A stretch of 64,000 nt of DNA from Balanoglossus misakiensis (taxonomy: Eukaryota > Animalia > Hemichordata), in assembly GCA_040954595.2 (NCBI GenBank), contig JBECUI020000040.1, positions 1 to 64,000 of the forward strand. Reading direction: 5' to 3'. Below, piece after piece: positions 17,761 through 27,049 of this stretch. Positions within the stretch are counted from its first letter, which is position 1. Every line of letters begins with the position of its first letter. The position numbers were made by a program, and so were the translations under genes. A model generated the notes under the pieces. It did not search any database. It was given only the letters and a program-made list of their open reading frames with translations, and was not told the origin of the DNA.

Positions 17761-19614
17761 TTAGAAGGTCGTCACAGTCCACGTAGCACCACCCCATGTT
17801 CCACCATCAGCGGGATAGCCCTGTGAATCGGCAGGAATTTGCAGTTCGGGGTCAGCAGCGATCGAGGTAAAAGTCGTGTTTATCACGCTTGGAGCCATGG
17901 CAGCTTCTATTCTCACCGTTTTGAGTGCTGGGCTGATAAAAGCATCTCCTCCAATGATAGTAATGGAAGCAGGAATAGTGACACTGGTTAGCGCAGTATC
18001 CTGAAAAGAAGCTCCGTAAATGATAGTAACTCCCAAAGGAATAGTGACACTGGCTAGAGAGGTACAACCTTGAAAAAGACTCCCTGCAATGTTTGTAACT
18101 CCAAAAGGAATAGTGACACTGGTTAGAGAGGTACAACCAGAAAAAGCAAAACCTCCTATACTCGTAACCGAGTCAGGTATGCTAACAGATGTCATTTTAT
18201 AGTCCTGAAATCCAGATCTATCAATACTTGTCACCAGCTTCTCTGTTCCGCTATCATCAAAAACCTTCGGAATTACTATGGCGCCAGTAAACGTAGAATC
18301 ATGCCCTCCAACGCTCCCAGAATAGGCCATACCCTCAAGAACCTTCAGGGTAATGGGCAACTCTAAACTTCCGGTGTAATTCCCACTCCCCCTTACGGTT
18401 ATGGTGAAGGTATTGTTACCTGTGCTTGTCACAGCTGTCGGCGTGCCTAGTATCCTGCCGCTTATAACATTGCCATCAGCATCTTTCTCAAAATCTAAGC
18501 CTGCCGGTAAGGCCGGGCTAACTTCATAGCTGAGCTGCGCATCTGCTGGGACCTCTCCAGCAGAGAAAAGCAGTTCAAGTGATGTGTTAACAAGGTAGCC
18601 TTCGTCAACGCTATAGCTCATGGAGGAAGCTCTAATGTCTCTTGGGCTTATCTCCAGGGTAAGGGCGGCTGTCTTGGTGCCCCTGAAAGTACCGAAACCC
18701 TCGGCGCTAACGGTATAGAAATACTCACCGAGTTCCATAGTGCTATTAGCCTCCAGGGTCAAAACGCCGGTGCTGCTGTTAAAAGACAGATCAGACGGTG
18801 GTGCAGGGTCAATGCTGTACCGGAGGGTCTGATCCACATCGCTCTGGCCTGACCATACCGGGCTGGCGCTGGATGATGTGGGGAAAGCGTATTCGGCCAT
18901 GAGGCGGCTGTAGGTGAATGTCCCGCTAATCTCGGTTAGGGGAACTGTGGGATCGATGACAACAACAAACAGTTCAGCTGTTATTGTTCCCCTATAGTTG
19001 CCCCTACCCTGGGCTGTCACAGTATAAGAATATTCACCGACAAGCGCCGTGCTGCCTATGCTGAGAATACCTGTCTCTGAATCAAAAGTTATACCCGCAG
19101 CAGCTGAGGGGCTGATGCTGTAGCTAAGGGTCTGATTCGCATCTTCTTGACCAGTCCATACAGGCTCCACGCTGCCCACGCTGCCCTCATCGACACTGAT
19201 TCGTTCATACGAGAAGGTTCCAGTAATCACAGAAGCCTCGGGATCAAAAACGCTGAAGCTTATTATTGCCGTTAGCCTCCCCCCATAGCTGCCCTGGCCC
19301 TGGACCCTAACGGTGTAGGTATAGTCACCGGCAAGCACCGTGCTGCCTATGCTGAGAATACCTGTCTCTGGATCAAAAGTTATACCCTCAGCAGGTGAGG
19401 GGCTGATGCTGTAGCTAAAGGTCTGATTCGCATCTTCCTGTCCTGTCCATACAGGCTCCACGCTGCCCCCCGTACCCTCAGCAAATTCAAGGCCCTGTCC
19501 ATAGCTCAATGTACCGGTAATGGAGGTTTTCATTTCCGTATCACAGGAAAACATGGCTGCCAGGAGCAATGCCCAGGAGAGGCCATGAAAGATTCGAATG
19601 CTTGTTAACTTCAT
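17761..19614 (-). CDS. BspA/TpLRR surface lipoprotein with Ig-like stalk (cassette A)
   Basis: 617-aa ORF with the same architecture. Confidence 0.9.
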   Translation of the reverse strand: MKLTSIRIFHGLSWALLLAAMFSCDTEMKTSITGTLSYGQGLEFAEGTGGSVEPVWTGQEDANQTFSYSISPSPAEGITFDPETGILSIGSTVLAGDYTYTVRVQGQGSYGGRLTAIISFSVFDPEASVITGTFSYERISVDEGSVGSVEPVWTGQEDANQTLSYSISPSAAAGITFDSETGILSIGSTALVGEYSYTVTAQGRGNYRGTITAELFVVVIDPTVPLTEISGTFTYSRLMAEYAFPTSSSASPVWSGQSDVDQTLRYSIDPAPPSDLSFNSSTGVLTLEANSTMELGEYFYTVSAEGFGTFRGTKTAALTLEISPRDIRASSMSYSVDEGYLVNTSLELLFSAGEVPADAQLSYEVSPALPAGLDFEKDADGNVISGRILGTPTAVTSTGNNTFTITVRGSGNYTGSLELPITLKVLEGMAYSGSVGGHDSTFTGAIVIPKVFDDSGTEKLVTSIDRSGFQDYKMTSVSIPDSVTSIGGFAFSGCTSLTSVTIPFGVTNIAGSLFQGCTSLASVTIPLGVTIIYGASFQDTALTSVTIPASITIIGGDAFISPALKTVRIEAAMAPSVINTTFTSIAADPELQIPADSQGYPADGGTWGGATWTVTTF

Positions 19615-19893
19615 CTCAAGAAACTCCTTTTCTTAAATTACATACTATCCTATACATACTAACTTATACATACTATCTCATTTCTGGAAAATCATAGAAT
19701 ATTGGAGAGATTTTCTGCCTGATAAGGGAGCTTAGCTGGAGTTTGTGGCTCTTATGGACCTGTTAGAAAGATTAGAGAGGCGCACTGGCTTACGGGGCTC
19801 AGCGTTGGAACACAAACCCATCTTAGACGTCTGGGGGGGGAATAAGAAGGTTCTTCTTATTCCCCCCCCAGACTGCCTGGGACAAAAAAGCTA

Positions 19894-21813
19894 TTAGAAG
19901 GTCGTCACAGTCCACGTAGCACCACCCCATGTTCCACCATCAGCGGGATAGCCCTGTGAATCGGCAGGGATTTGCAGTTCGAGGCCAGCAGCGATCGAGG
20001 GAAAAGTCAGGTCTGTCACGCTTGGAGCCATGGCAGCTTCTATCCTCACCGTTTTGAGTGCTGTGTTGTTAAAAACAAACCTATTGATGGTAGTAACGGA
20101 AGCAGGAATAGTGACACTGGCTAGAGAGGTACAATTCTGAAAAAGACTCTCTTCAATGTTTGTAACTCCAAAAGGAATAGTGACACTGGTTAGTGAGGTA
20201 CAATTCTGAAAAGCTTGCAGTCCAATGCTTGTAACTCCAAAAGGAATAGTGACACTGGTTAGTGAGGTACAATTCTGAAAAGCAAGCTGTCCAATGCTTG
20301 TAACTCCAAAAGGAATAGTGACACTGGTTAGTGAGGTACAATCCTTAAAAGCAAACAGTCCTATACTCGTAACCGAGTCAGGTATGCTAACAGATGTCAT
20401 TTTATAGCTCTGAAATCCAGCAGTAACAATACTTGTCACCAGCTTCTCTGTTCCGCTATCATCAAAAACCTTCGGAATTACTATGGCGCCAGTAAACGTA
20501 GAATCATGCCCTCCAACGCTCCCAGAGTAGGCCATACCCTCAAGAACCTTCAGGGTAATGGGCAACTCTAAACTTCCGGTGTAATTCCCACTCCCCCTTA
20601 CGGTTATGGTGAAGGTATTGTTACCTGTGCTTGTCACAGATGTCGGCGTGCCTAGTATCCTGCCGCTTATAACATTGCCATCAGCATCTTTCTCAAAATC
20701 TAAGCCTGCCGGTAAGGCCGGGCTAACTTCATAGCTGAGCTGCGCATCTGCTGGGACCTCTCCAGCAGAGAAAAGCAGTTCAAGTGATGTGTTAACAAGG
20801 TAGCCTTCGTCAACGCTATAGCTCATGGAGGAAGCTCTAATGTCTCTTGGGCTTATCTCCAGGGTAAGGGCGGCTGTCTTGGTGCCCCTGAAAGTACCGA
20901 AACCCTCGGCGCTAACGGTATAGGAATACTCACCGAAATCCATAGTGCTATTAGCCTCCAGGGTCAAAACGCCGGTGCTGCTGTTAAAAGACAGATCAGA
21001 CGGTGGTGCAGGGTCAATGCTGTACCGGAGGGTCTGATCCACATCGCTCTGGCCTGACCATACCGGGCTGGCGCTGAATGATGTGGGGAAAGCGTATTCG
21101 GCCATGAGGCGGCTGTAGGTGAATGTCCCGCTAATCTCGGTTAGGGGAACTGTGGGATCGATGACAACAACAAACAGTTCAGCTGTTATTGTTCCCCTAT
21201 AGTTGCCCCTACCCTGGGCTGTCACAGTATAAGAATATTCACCGACAAGCGCCGTGCTGCCTATGCTGAGAATACCTGTCTCTGAATCAAAAGTTATACC
21301 CGCAGCAGCTGAGGGGCTGATGCTGTAGCTAAAGGTCTGATTCGCATCTTCCTGACCTGTCCATACAGGCTCCACGCTGCCCACGCTGCCCTCATCGACA
21401 CTGATTCGTTCATACGAGAAGGTTCCAGTAATCACAGAAGCCTCGGGATCAAAAACGCTGAAGCTTATTATTGCCGTTAGCCTCCCCCCATAGCTGCCCT
21501 GGCCCTGGACCCTAACAGTGTAGGTATAGTCACCGGCAAGCGCCGTGCTGCCTATGCTGAGAATACCTGTCTCTGAATCAAAGGTTATACCCTCAGTAGG
21601 TGAGGGGCTGATGCTGTAGCTAAAGGTCTGATTCGCATCTTCCTGCCCTGTCCATACAGGCTCCACGCTGCCCCCCGTACCCTCAGCAAATTCAAGGCCC
21701 TGTCCATAGCTCAATGTACCGGTAATGGAGGTTTTCATTTCCGTATCACAGGAAAACATGGCTGCCAGGAGCAATAAGGAGGTAAAAACAATTCCTAAGT
21801 TTGTCCATTTCAT
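19894..21813 (-). CDS. BspA/TpLRR surface lipoprotein with Ig-like stalk (cassette B)
   Basis: ORF 19894..21891, start reassigned to MKWTN. Confidence 0.9.
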   Translation of the reverse strand: MKWTNLGIVFTSLLLLAAMFSCDTEMKTSITGTLSYGQGLEFAEGTGGSVEPVWTGQEDANQTFSYSISPSPTEGITFDSETGILSIGSTALAGDYTYTVRVQGQGSYGGRLTAIISFSVFDPEASVITGTFSYERISVDEGSVGSVEPVWTGQEDANQTFSYSISPSAAAGITFDSETGILSIGSTALVGEYSYTVTAQGRGNYRGTITAELFVVVIDPTVPLTEISGTFTYSRLMAEYAFPTSFSASPVWSGQSDVDQTLRYSIDPAPPSDLSFNSSTGVLTLEANSTMDFGEYSYTVSAEGFGTFRGTKTAALTLEISPRDIRASSMSYSVDEGYLVNTSLELLFSAGEVPADAQLSYEVSPALPAGLDFEKDADGNVISGRILGTPTSVTSTGNNTFTITVRGSGNYTGSLELPITLKVLEGMAYSGSVGGHDSTFTGAIVIPKVFDDSGTEKLVTSIVTAGFQSYKMTSVSIPDSVTSIGLFAFKDCTSLTSVTIPFGVTSIGQLAFQNCTSLTSVTIPFGVTSIGLQAFQNCTSLTSVTIPFGVTNIEESLFQNCTSLASVTIPASVTTINRFVFNNTALKTVRIEAAMAPSVTDLTFPSIAAGLELQIPADSQGYPADGGTWGGATWTVTTF

Positions 21814-21967
21814 CTTGCCACACCCCCTTCCATAGCCAAGGGAGGCATGGGAGCTTGACAGCTCAGCGACCCTGAATCCTGATGGGAACAAGGCCAGGAT
21901 GGAAGTGAGGCGAATGAAATGTGAGGGAATAGAAAAAAGCCAGGCTTCCTTTTATATTCTAACTCAC

Positions 21968-22035
21968 GTGAGTGAGTGAGTGAGTGAGTGAGTGAGTGAG
22001 TGAGTGAGTGAGTGAGTGAGTGAGTGAGTGAGTGA
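21968..22035 (-). repeat. (TCAC)17 microsatellite
   Basis: 68 bp of perfect (GTGA)n. Confidence 0.95.
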
Positions 22036-22432
22036 GTTCATACGCATAGTCTCCTTATCAGTTTGGTTTGTAATTGGCCTAGTTTACTTTAATGATTCTT
22101 TTTTGTCAAGAGTGTTTTTTTAAATACAAAAATTACCTGCCGTGGAAATCCTAACGGGAAGCCTGTCTCCCTTTCTGTGCTTATACCGCCTCAACTCTGA
22201 GGAAACGGTATAAGGTTATGAAAGAGGTTCCTGGTCTAAGGTGGAAGGATTGAGTGAAACAAGGAGTTTTCAAGGATGCGTTAAAGAAGCTCCAAAGATC
22301 CCCTCAGGGCTTTTCGGAGACTCTGGCTGGGCCACAACCCCATAAAGCCCGCCTTAGACGTCTGGGGGGCAAATAAGAAGATTCTTCTTATTGTTCTTCC
22401 CCCCCCCCAGACTGCCTGGGACAAAAAAGCTA

Positions 22433-24202
22433 TTAGAAGGTCGTCACAGTCCACGTAGCACCACCCCATGTTCCACCATCAGCGGGATAGCCCTGTGAAT
22501 CGGCAGGAATTTGCAGTTCGGGGTTAGCAGGGATCGAGAGAAAAGTCGTGTCTGTCACGCTTGGAGCCATGGGAGCCTCTATTCTCACCGTTTTGAGTGG
22601 TGTGTTGTTAAAAGCAAGGAAATCGAGGGTAGTAACGGAAGCAGGAATAGTGACACTGGCTAGAGAGCTACTATTCATAAAAGCTTGAAGTCCAATGCTT
22701 TTAACTCCTAAAGGAATAGTGACACTGGTTAGCCCAGTATGCTGAAAAGCTTGCGGTCCAATGCTTCTAACTCCCACAGGAATAGTGACACTGGTTAGAG
22801 AGGTACAACTCAGAAAAACACCATCTGCAATGCCTGTAACTCCCACAGGAATAGTGACACTGGTTAGTGAGCTACAATTCCAAAAAGCACCATCTGCAAT
22901 GCTTGTAACTCCCACAGGAATAGTGACACTGGTTAGTGAGGTACAATCCTTAAAAGCACTCACTCCAATGCTTGTAACTCCAAAAGGAATAGTGACACTG
23001 GCTAGAGAGGTACAATTATCAAAAGCTTGCGTTCCAATACTCCTAACCGAGTCAGGTATGCTAACAGATGTCATTTTATAGTTCTGAAATCCATTATCAG
23101 CAATACTTGTCACCAGCTTCTCTGTTCCGCCATCATCAAAAAACTTCGGAATTACTATGGCGCCAGTAAACCTAGAACCATGCCCTCCAACGCGCCCAGA
23201 ATAGGCCATACCCTCAAGAACCTTCAGGGTAATGGGCAACTCTAAACTTCCGGTGTAATTCCCACTCCCCCTTACGGTTATGGTGAAGGTATTGTTAACT
23301 GTGCTTGTCACAGATGTCGGCGTGCCTAGTATCCTGCCGCTTATAACATTGCCATCAGCATCTTTCTCAAAATCTAAGCCTGCCGGTAAGGCCGGGCTAG
23401 CTTCATAGCTGAGCTGCGCATCTGCTGGGACCTCTCCAGCAGAGAAAAGCAGTTCAAGTGATGTGTTAACAGGGTAGCCTTCGTCAACGCTATAGCTCAT
23501 GGAGGAATCGCTAATGTCTCTTGGGCTTATCTCCAGGGTAAGGGCGGCTGTTTTGCTGCCCTTGAAAGTACCGAAACCCTCGGCGCTAACGGTATAGGAA
23601 TACTCACCGAAATCCATAGTGCTATTAGCCTCCAGGGTCAAAACGCCGGTGCTGCTGTTAAAAGACAGATCAGACGGTGGTGCAGGGTCAATGCTGTACC
23701 GGAGGGTCTGATCCACATCGCTCTGGCCTGACCATACCGGGCTGGCGCTGGATGATGTGGGGAAAGCGTATTCGGCCATGAGGCGGCTGTAGGTGAATGT
23801 CCCGCTAATCTCGGTTAGGGGAACTGTGGGATCGATGACAACAACAAACAGATCGGCTGTTATTGTTCCCCTATAGTTGCCCCTACCCTGGGCTGTCACA
23901 GTATAAGAATATTCACCGACAAGCGCCGTGCTGCCTATGCTGAGAATACCTGTCTCTGGATCAAAAGTTATACCCTCAGCAGCTGAGGGGCTGATGCTGT
24001 AGCTAAAGGTCTGATTCGCATCTTCCTGCCCTGTCCATACAGGCTCCACGCTGCCCCCCGTACCCTCAGCAAATTCAAGGCCCTGTCCATAGCTCAATGT
24101 CCCGGTAATGGAGGTTTTCATTTCCGTATCACAGGAAAACATGGCTGCCAGGAGCAATGCCCAGGAGAGGCCATGAAAGATTCGAATGCTTGTTAACTTC
24201 AT
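22433..24202 (-). CDS. BspA/TpLRR surface lipoprotein (cassette A) with a shorter stalk and longer LRR region; first gene of the array
   Basis: 589-aa ORF lacking one Ig-like repeat and carrying 8 LRR units. Confidence 0.9.
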   Translation of the reverse strand: MKLTSIRIFHGLSWALLLAAMFSCDTEMKTSITGTLSYGQGLEFAEGTGGSVEPVWTGQEDANQTFSYSISPSAAEGITFDPETGILSIGSTALVGEYSYTVTAQGRGNYRGTITADLFVVVIDPTVPLTEISGTFTYSRLMAEYAFPTSSSASPVWSGQSDVDQTLRYSIDPAPPSDLSFNSSTGVLTLEANSTMDFGEYSYTVSAEGFGTFKGSKTAALTLEISPRDISDSSMSYSVDEGYPVNTSLELLFSAGEVPADAQLSYEASPALPAGLDFEKDADGNVISGRILGTPTSVTSTVNNTFTITVRGSGNYTGSLELPITLKVLEGMAYSGRVGGHGSRFTGAIVIPKFFDDGGTEKLVTSIADNGFQNYKMTSVSIPDSVRSIGTQAFDNCTSLASVTIPFGVTSIGVSAFKDCTSLTSVTIPVGVTSIADGAFWNCSSLTSVTIPVGVTGIADGVFLSCTSLTSVTIPVGVRSIGPQAFQHTGLTSVTIPLGVKSIGLQAFMNSSSLASVTIPASVTTLDFLAFNNTPLKTVRIEAPMAPSVTDTTFLSIPANPELQIPADSQGYPADGGTWGGATWTVTTF

Positions 24203-24561
24203 CTCAAGAAACTCCTTTTCTTAAATTACATACTAACTTATACATACTATCCTATACATACTATCTCATTTCTGGAAAATCATAGAATATTGGAGAGATT
24301 TTCTGCCTGATAAGGGAGCTTAGCTGGAGTTTGTGGCTCTTATGGACCTGTTAGAAAGATTAGAGAGGCGCACTGGCTTACGGGGCTCAGCGTTGAAACA
24401 CAAACCCAAGTTCTACCAGTATTGCTGAGGCAAAGTTCTACAATCTTTGACAATGCCTTATTCTTATTGGTCCTGACAGGCCAAGCGGCTGGTCCTTTAC
24501 CAAGCCCAAGGCATTCCTTAAGCTTATAAAAGAGTCGCAGCTACAGGGAAGAGGCCTGTTT

Positions 24562-25140
24562 ATGAGCATATCTACAAAGAAGAACAAAGAAGAAATTCTA
24601 ATCAAGACCTTAGGCCTACGGCCGGCTGTTTTTCAGGATGCAGCGTTGCTTCGGCGCTGGGATGCAGAACCGCATATTATTGAGGCCAAAGGTATGGAGG
24701 ACTGGGCTTGGGAAGAAGAACTACCCCGCAAACCAAACTGGCGTGAGCAGCTTATTGCCGAAGTCAAAAAAATTCCCATCGGCTATATTGAGATTATTGA
24801 CCCAGCCCGTGAGACGAGCCATTACTGGGGAGATTGCCCTGGCAATCTGCGTGCCATCGATATCTGGATTGGAGAAAAGGCCTATATTGGCCGCGGTTTT
24901 GGTACCCGGATGATGGAGCTGGCCATCGAGCGCTGCTTTGCCGATTCCTTGGTAGAGGCTATTCTCATTGATCCCCTGGTGTCGAACACGCGAGCCCATC
25001 GATTCTACAGGCGCCTCGGTTTTCGCTTCGTAGAAGATCGTCGATTCAAAGATGATCTCTGTGCTGTGTACCGCTTAGACCGCACAGCGATACCGCAGAG
25101 TACGGCAGGAGTAAGGCCAAAGCGTCCTCCTACACCATAG
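24562..25140 (+). CDS. GNAT family N-acetyltransferase (AAC(6')-like group)
   Basis: AIDIWIGEKAYIGRGFGT acetyl-CoA motif A and NTRAHRFYRRLGF motif B. Confidence 0.8.
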   Translation: MSISTKKNKEEILIKTLGLRPAVFQDAALLRRWDAEPHIIEAKGMEDWAWEEELPRKPNWREQLIAEVKKIPIGYIEIIDPARETSHYWGDCPGNLRAIDIWIGEKAYIGRGFGTRMMELAIERCFADSLVEAILIDPLVSNTRAHRFYRRLGFRFVEDRRFKDDLCAVYRLDRTAIPQSTAGVRPKRPPTP

Positions 25141-25325
25141 AAGACTGAAGATGTAAAGAAAACGGGTCTCTTCTTTTTTAATAATTTAATTCCTATGATG
25201 TATTCTGGTATTGGATCAAGGGAACTTTGAAATTTTCAAAAAGCATTTTTTGAAGCTGGGTGAAGGTCTGAGGTGGCGGCATAGACACAGCAGACTGGAG
25301 GGATGCCTGGAAAGGAGCATTATTC

Positions 25326-26393
25326 ATGACAATTTTGAGCAAAACACTTTCTACAATTACAGGACAAGTTCAGGACTACCGAGAAAGGGCTGTAGGGCAT
25401 CTTAAGCAGCTGCTTATGCCGCACTGGGCGCTGGGTAGACTGATGGATCTTGCCGTGGATATCTCTGGAATGACAAGAAGTCTGTGCCCAAGAGTCAGCC
25501 AAAGAACTATTTTTGTCTTCTCTGGCGATCACGGAGTCTGCAAAGAAAATGTCAGCCTCTATCCCCAGGAGGTAACAACCCAGATGGTTCAGAATTTTCT
25601 TCAGGGTAAGGCAGCCATCAATGCCCTTGCACGCCAAGCAGCAAGTGACCTTGTAATCGTAGATATGGGTGTTCTTGATCCTCTGGAAAGGTTCTGCGAT
25701 GAAGCAAAGTTCCGCTCCAGAAAAATCCGTGCCGGTACCTCAAACATTGCCAATGGCCCGGCTATGACCCGGGCTGAAGCTATCCAATCCGTAGAAACGG
25801 GCATTCAACTTGCCCTTGAGGCGGAGGGAAAAATAGACATCTTTGGCACTGGCGATATGGGCATTGGCAACACAACACCAAGTTCTGCAATAGTTGCAGC
25901 GGCAACGGGGCTACCAGTAAGCGAGCTAACTGGCCGTGGTACGGGCATAAACAAAGAACAATGGAAGAACAAGGTAAGAATCATTGAACAGGCACTCCGA
26001 GTCAATGCTCCAAGATCCGGGGATGGCATAGATATTCTGGCTAAGGTTGGCGGTTTTGAAATAGGTGGAATCGCTGGACTGATTCTTGGTGCAGCCAGCT
26101 TGCGTTGTCCCGCCGTCGTTGATGGGTTTATTTCCACCGCTGCTGCGCTTATTGCAGCCATGCTCTGCCCTGCATCATGCGACTTTATGATTGTCGCCCA
26201 CAGAAGCCTGGAGCCAGGCCATGATGCAGCTCTACAAAAACTCGGCCTTGAGCCTCTGCTGAATCTGAATCTCCGTTTGGGCGAGGGAAGCGGCTCGGCC
26301 CTGGCCATGAACATTATTGGGTCTGCAACTGCGCTGCTCAGCGAGGTGGGAACCTTTACTGAGACAGGGGTCTCTTCAGGGCCTAGACCCTAA
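25326..26393 (+). CDS. cobT: Nicotinate-nucleotide-dimethylbenzimidazole phosphoribosyltransferase
   Basis: GDHGV, GDMGIGNTTPSSA, GGFEIGG, VDGFI and LRLGEGSG motifs. Confidence 0.95.
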   Translation: MTILSKTLSTITGQVQDYRERAVGHLKQLLMPHWALGRLMDLAVDISGMTRSLCPRVSQRTIFVFSGDHGVCKENVSLYPQEVTTQMVQNFLQGKAAINALARQAASDLVIVDMGVLDPLERFCDEAKFRSRKIRAGTSNIANGPAMTRAEAIQSVETGIQLALEAEGKIDIFGTGDMGIGNTTPSSAIVAAATGLPVSELTGRGTGINKEQWKNKVRIIEQALRVNAPRSGDGIDILAKVGGFEIGGIAGLILGAASLRCPAVVDGFISTAAALIAAMLCPASCDFMIVAHRSLEPGHDAALQKLGLEPLLNLNLRLGEGSGSALAMNIIGSATALLSEVGTFTETGVSSGPRP

Positions 26394-26531
26394 AGACTCT
26401 ACTACGCTGCCCAAAGCCTGGGGTCCTGGGCTTGTTTAGAGGATTCTCTTGGTAACCCGAAAACTTTTCCTCTATAATGATTGAGAATTAATGCGTAGCA
26501 TTGTGAATAAAGAATTTTGTAGGAGATTGAA

Positions 26532-26819
26532 GTGAAAAAATTTATGTTTCTGTCTTATGGCTTTGAACAACCCACCCCAGAGATAATGGAAGAATGGAAC
26601 AAGTGGTTTAAACTGATTGCAGACAGGTTGGTCGAAAACGGTCATTTCCCGGGGGGTAGAGAAATATCCAAAGACGGAATAAAAAAACTCCCCCTGGAGA
26701 AGGACTCTCTTACAGGTTATTGCATTTTTAAAGCCGAAAGTCTTGATGATGCGGAGAAAATTGCCATGCAATGCCCCTACATCACAAGCAACCGAGTTTA
26801 TGAGATTATGGGCAAATAG
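26532..26819 (+). CDS. YCII/YciI-related protein
   Basis: 95 aa with MKKFM start and TGYCIFKAESLDDAEKIAMQCP pattern. Confidence 0.7.
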   Translation: MKKFMFLSYGFEQPTPEIMEEWNKWFKLIADRLVENGHFPGGREISKDGIKKLPLEKDSLTGYCIFKAESLDDAEKIAMQCPYITSNRVYEIMGK

Positions 26820-27049
26820 CAAAACGCCGAGGATGTTCTTTTCAAGACCCAAGGGACAGGATGAGCCTTTAGATAATCAAACCAATCCTTCCTTCCCCTC
26901 CCCTGGGGAGGAAAGGGCTTAGCTGCCCGAGAATTGGCAAAATTCTTACCTTAGCAAGCAGCTGTTTTGCTGTAAGCAATACCCCGGTAAGACCACATAA
27001 TGGCTCCACCGCCACCCTCTTCTGATTCTTTAATTTAAGAGAGAATACC

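Larger units (their letters stand above)
1..24400 (-). repeat. Tandem array of 11 paralogous Ig-like/BspA-LRR lipoprotein genes (units of about 2.1-2.6 kb)
   Basis: Near-identical coding and intergenic blocks recur head-to-tail. Similarity ends near 24408. Confidence 0.95.

Noticed and set aside
7484-22035. (GTGA)n as eukaryotic contamination or a sequencing artefact
   Set aside because: It occurs at the identical position in five copies between a bacterial SD/ATG and conserved flanks, always in whole 4-nt units.
484-23245. Short repeated ORFs such as MLVTPKGIVTL, MYLTNQCHYSF, MTGPYRLHAAL and MKGLSE
   Set aside because: They are antisense or off-frame shadows of repetitive coding or intergenic sequence, with no independent support.
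1480-24202. Diversity-generating retroelement as the source of LRR variation
   Set aside because: There is no reverse transcriptase or non-coding template repeat in the window. The variants recur as blocks and do not appear restricted to adenine positions. A remote DGR cannot be fully excluded.
24562-25140. Calling the GNAT a bona fide aminoglycoside resistance gene
   Set aside because: Only family-level motifs are visible, with no mobile or integron context, so the substrate cannot be inferred.
25141-25325. Cobalamin riboswitch upstream of cobT
   Set aside because: I could not find the conserved B12-element core motifs.
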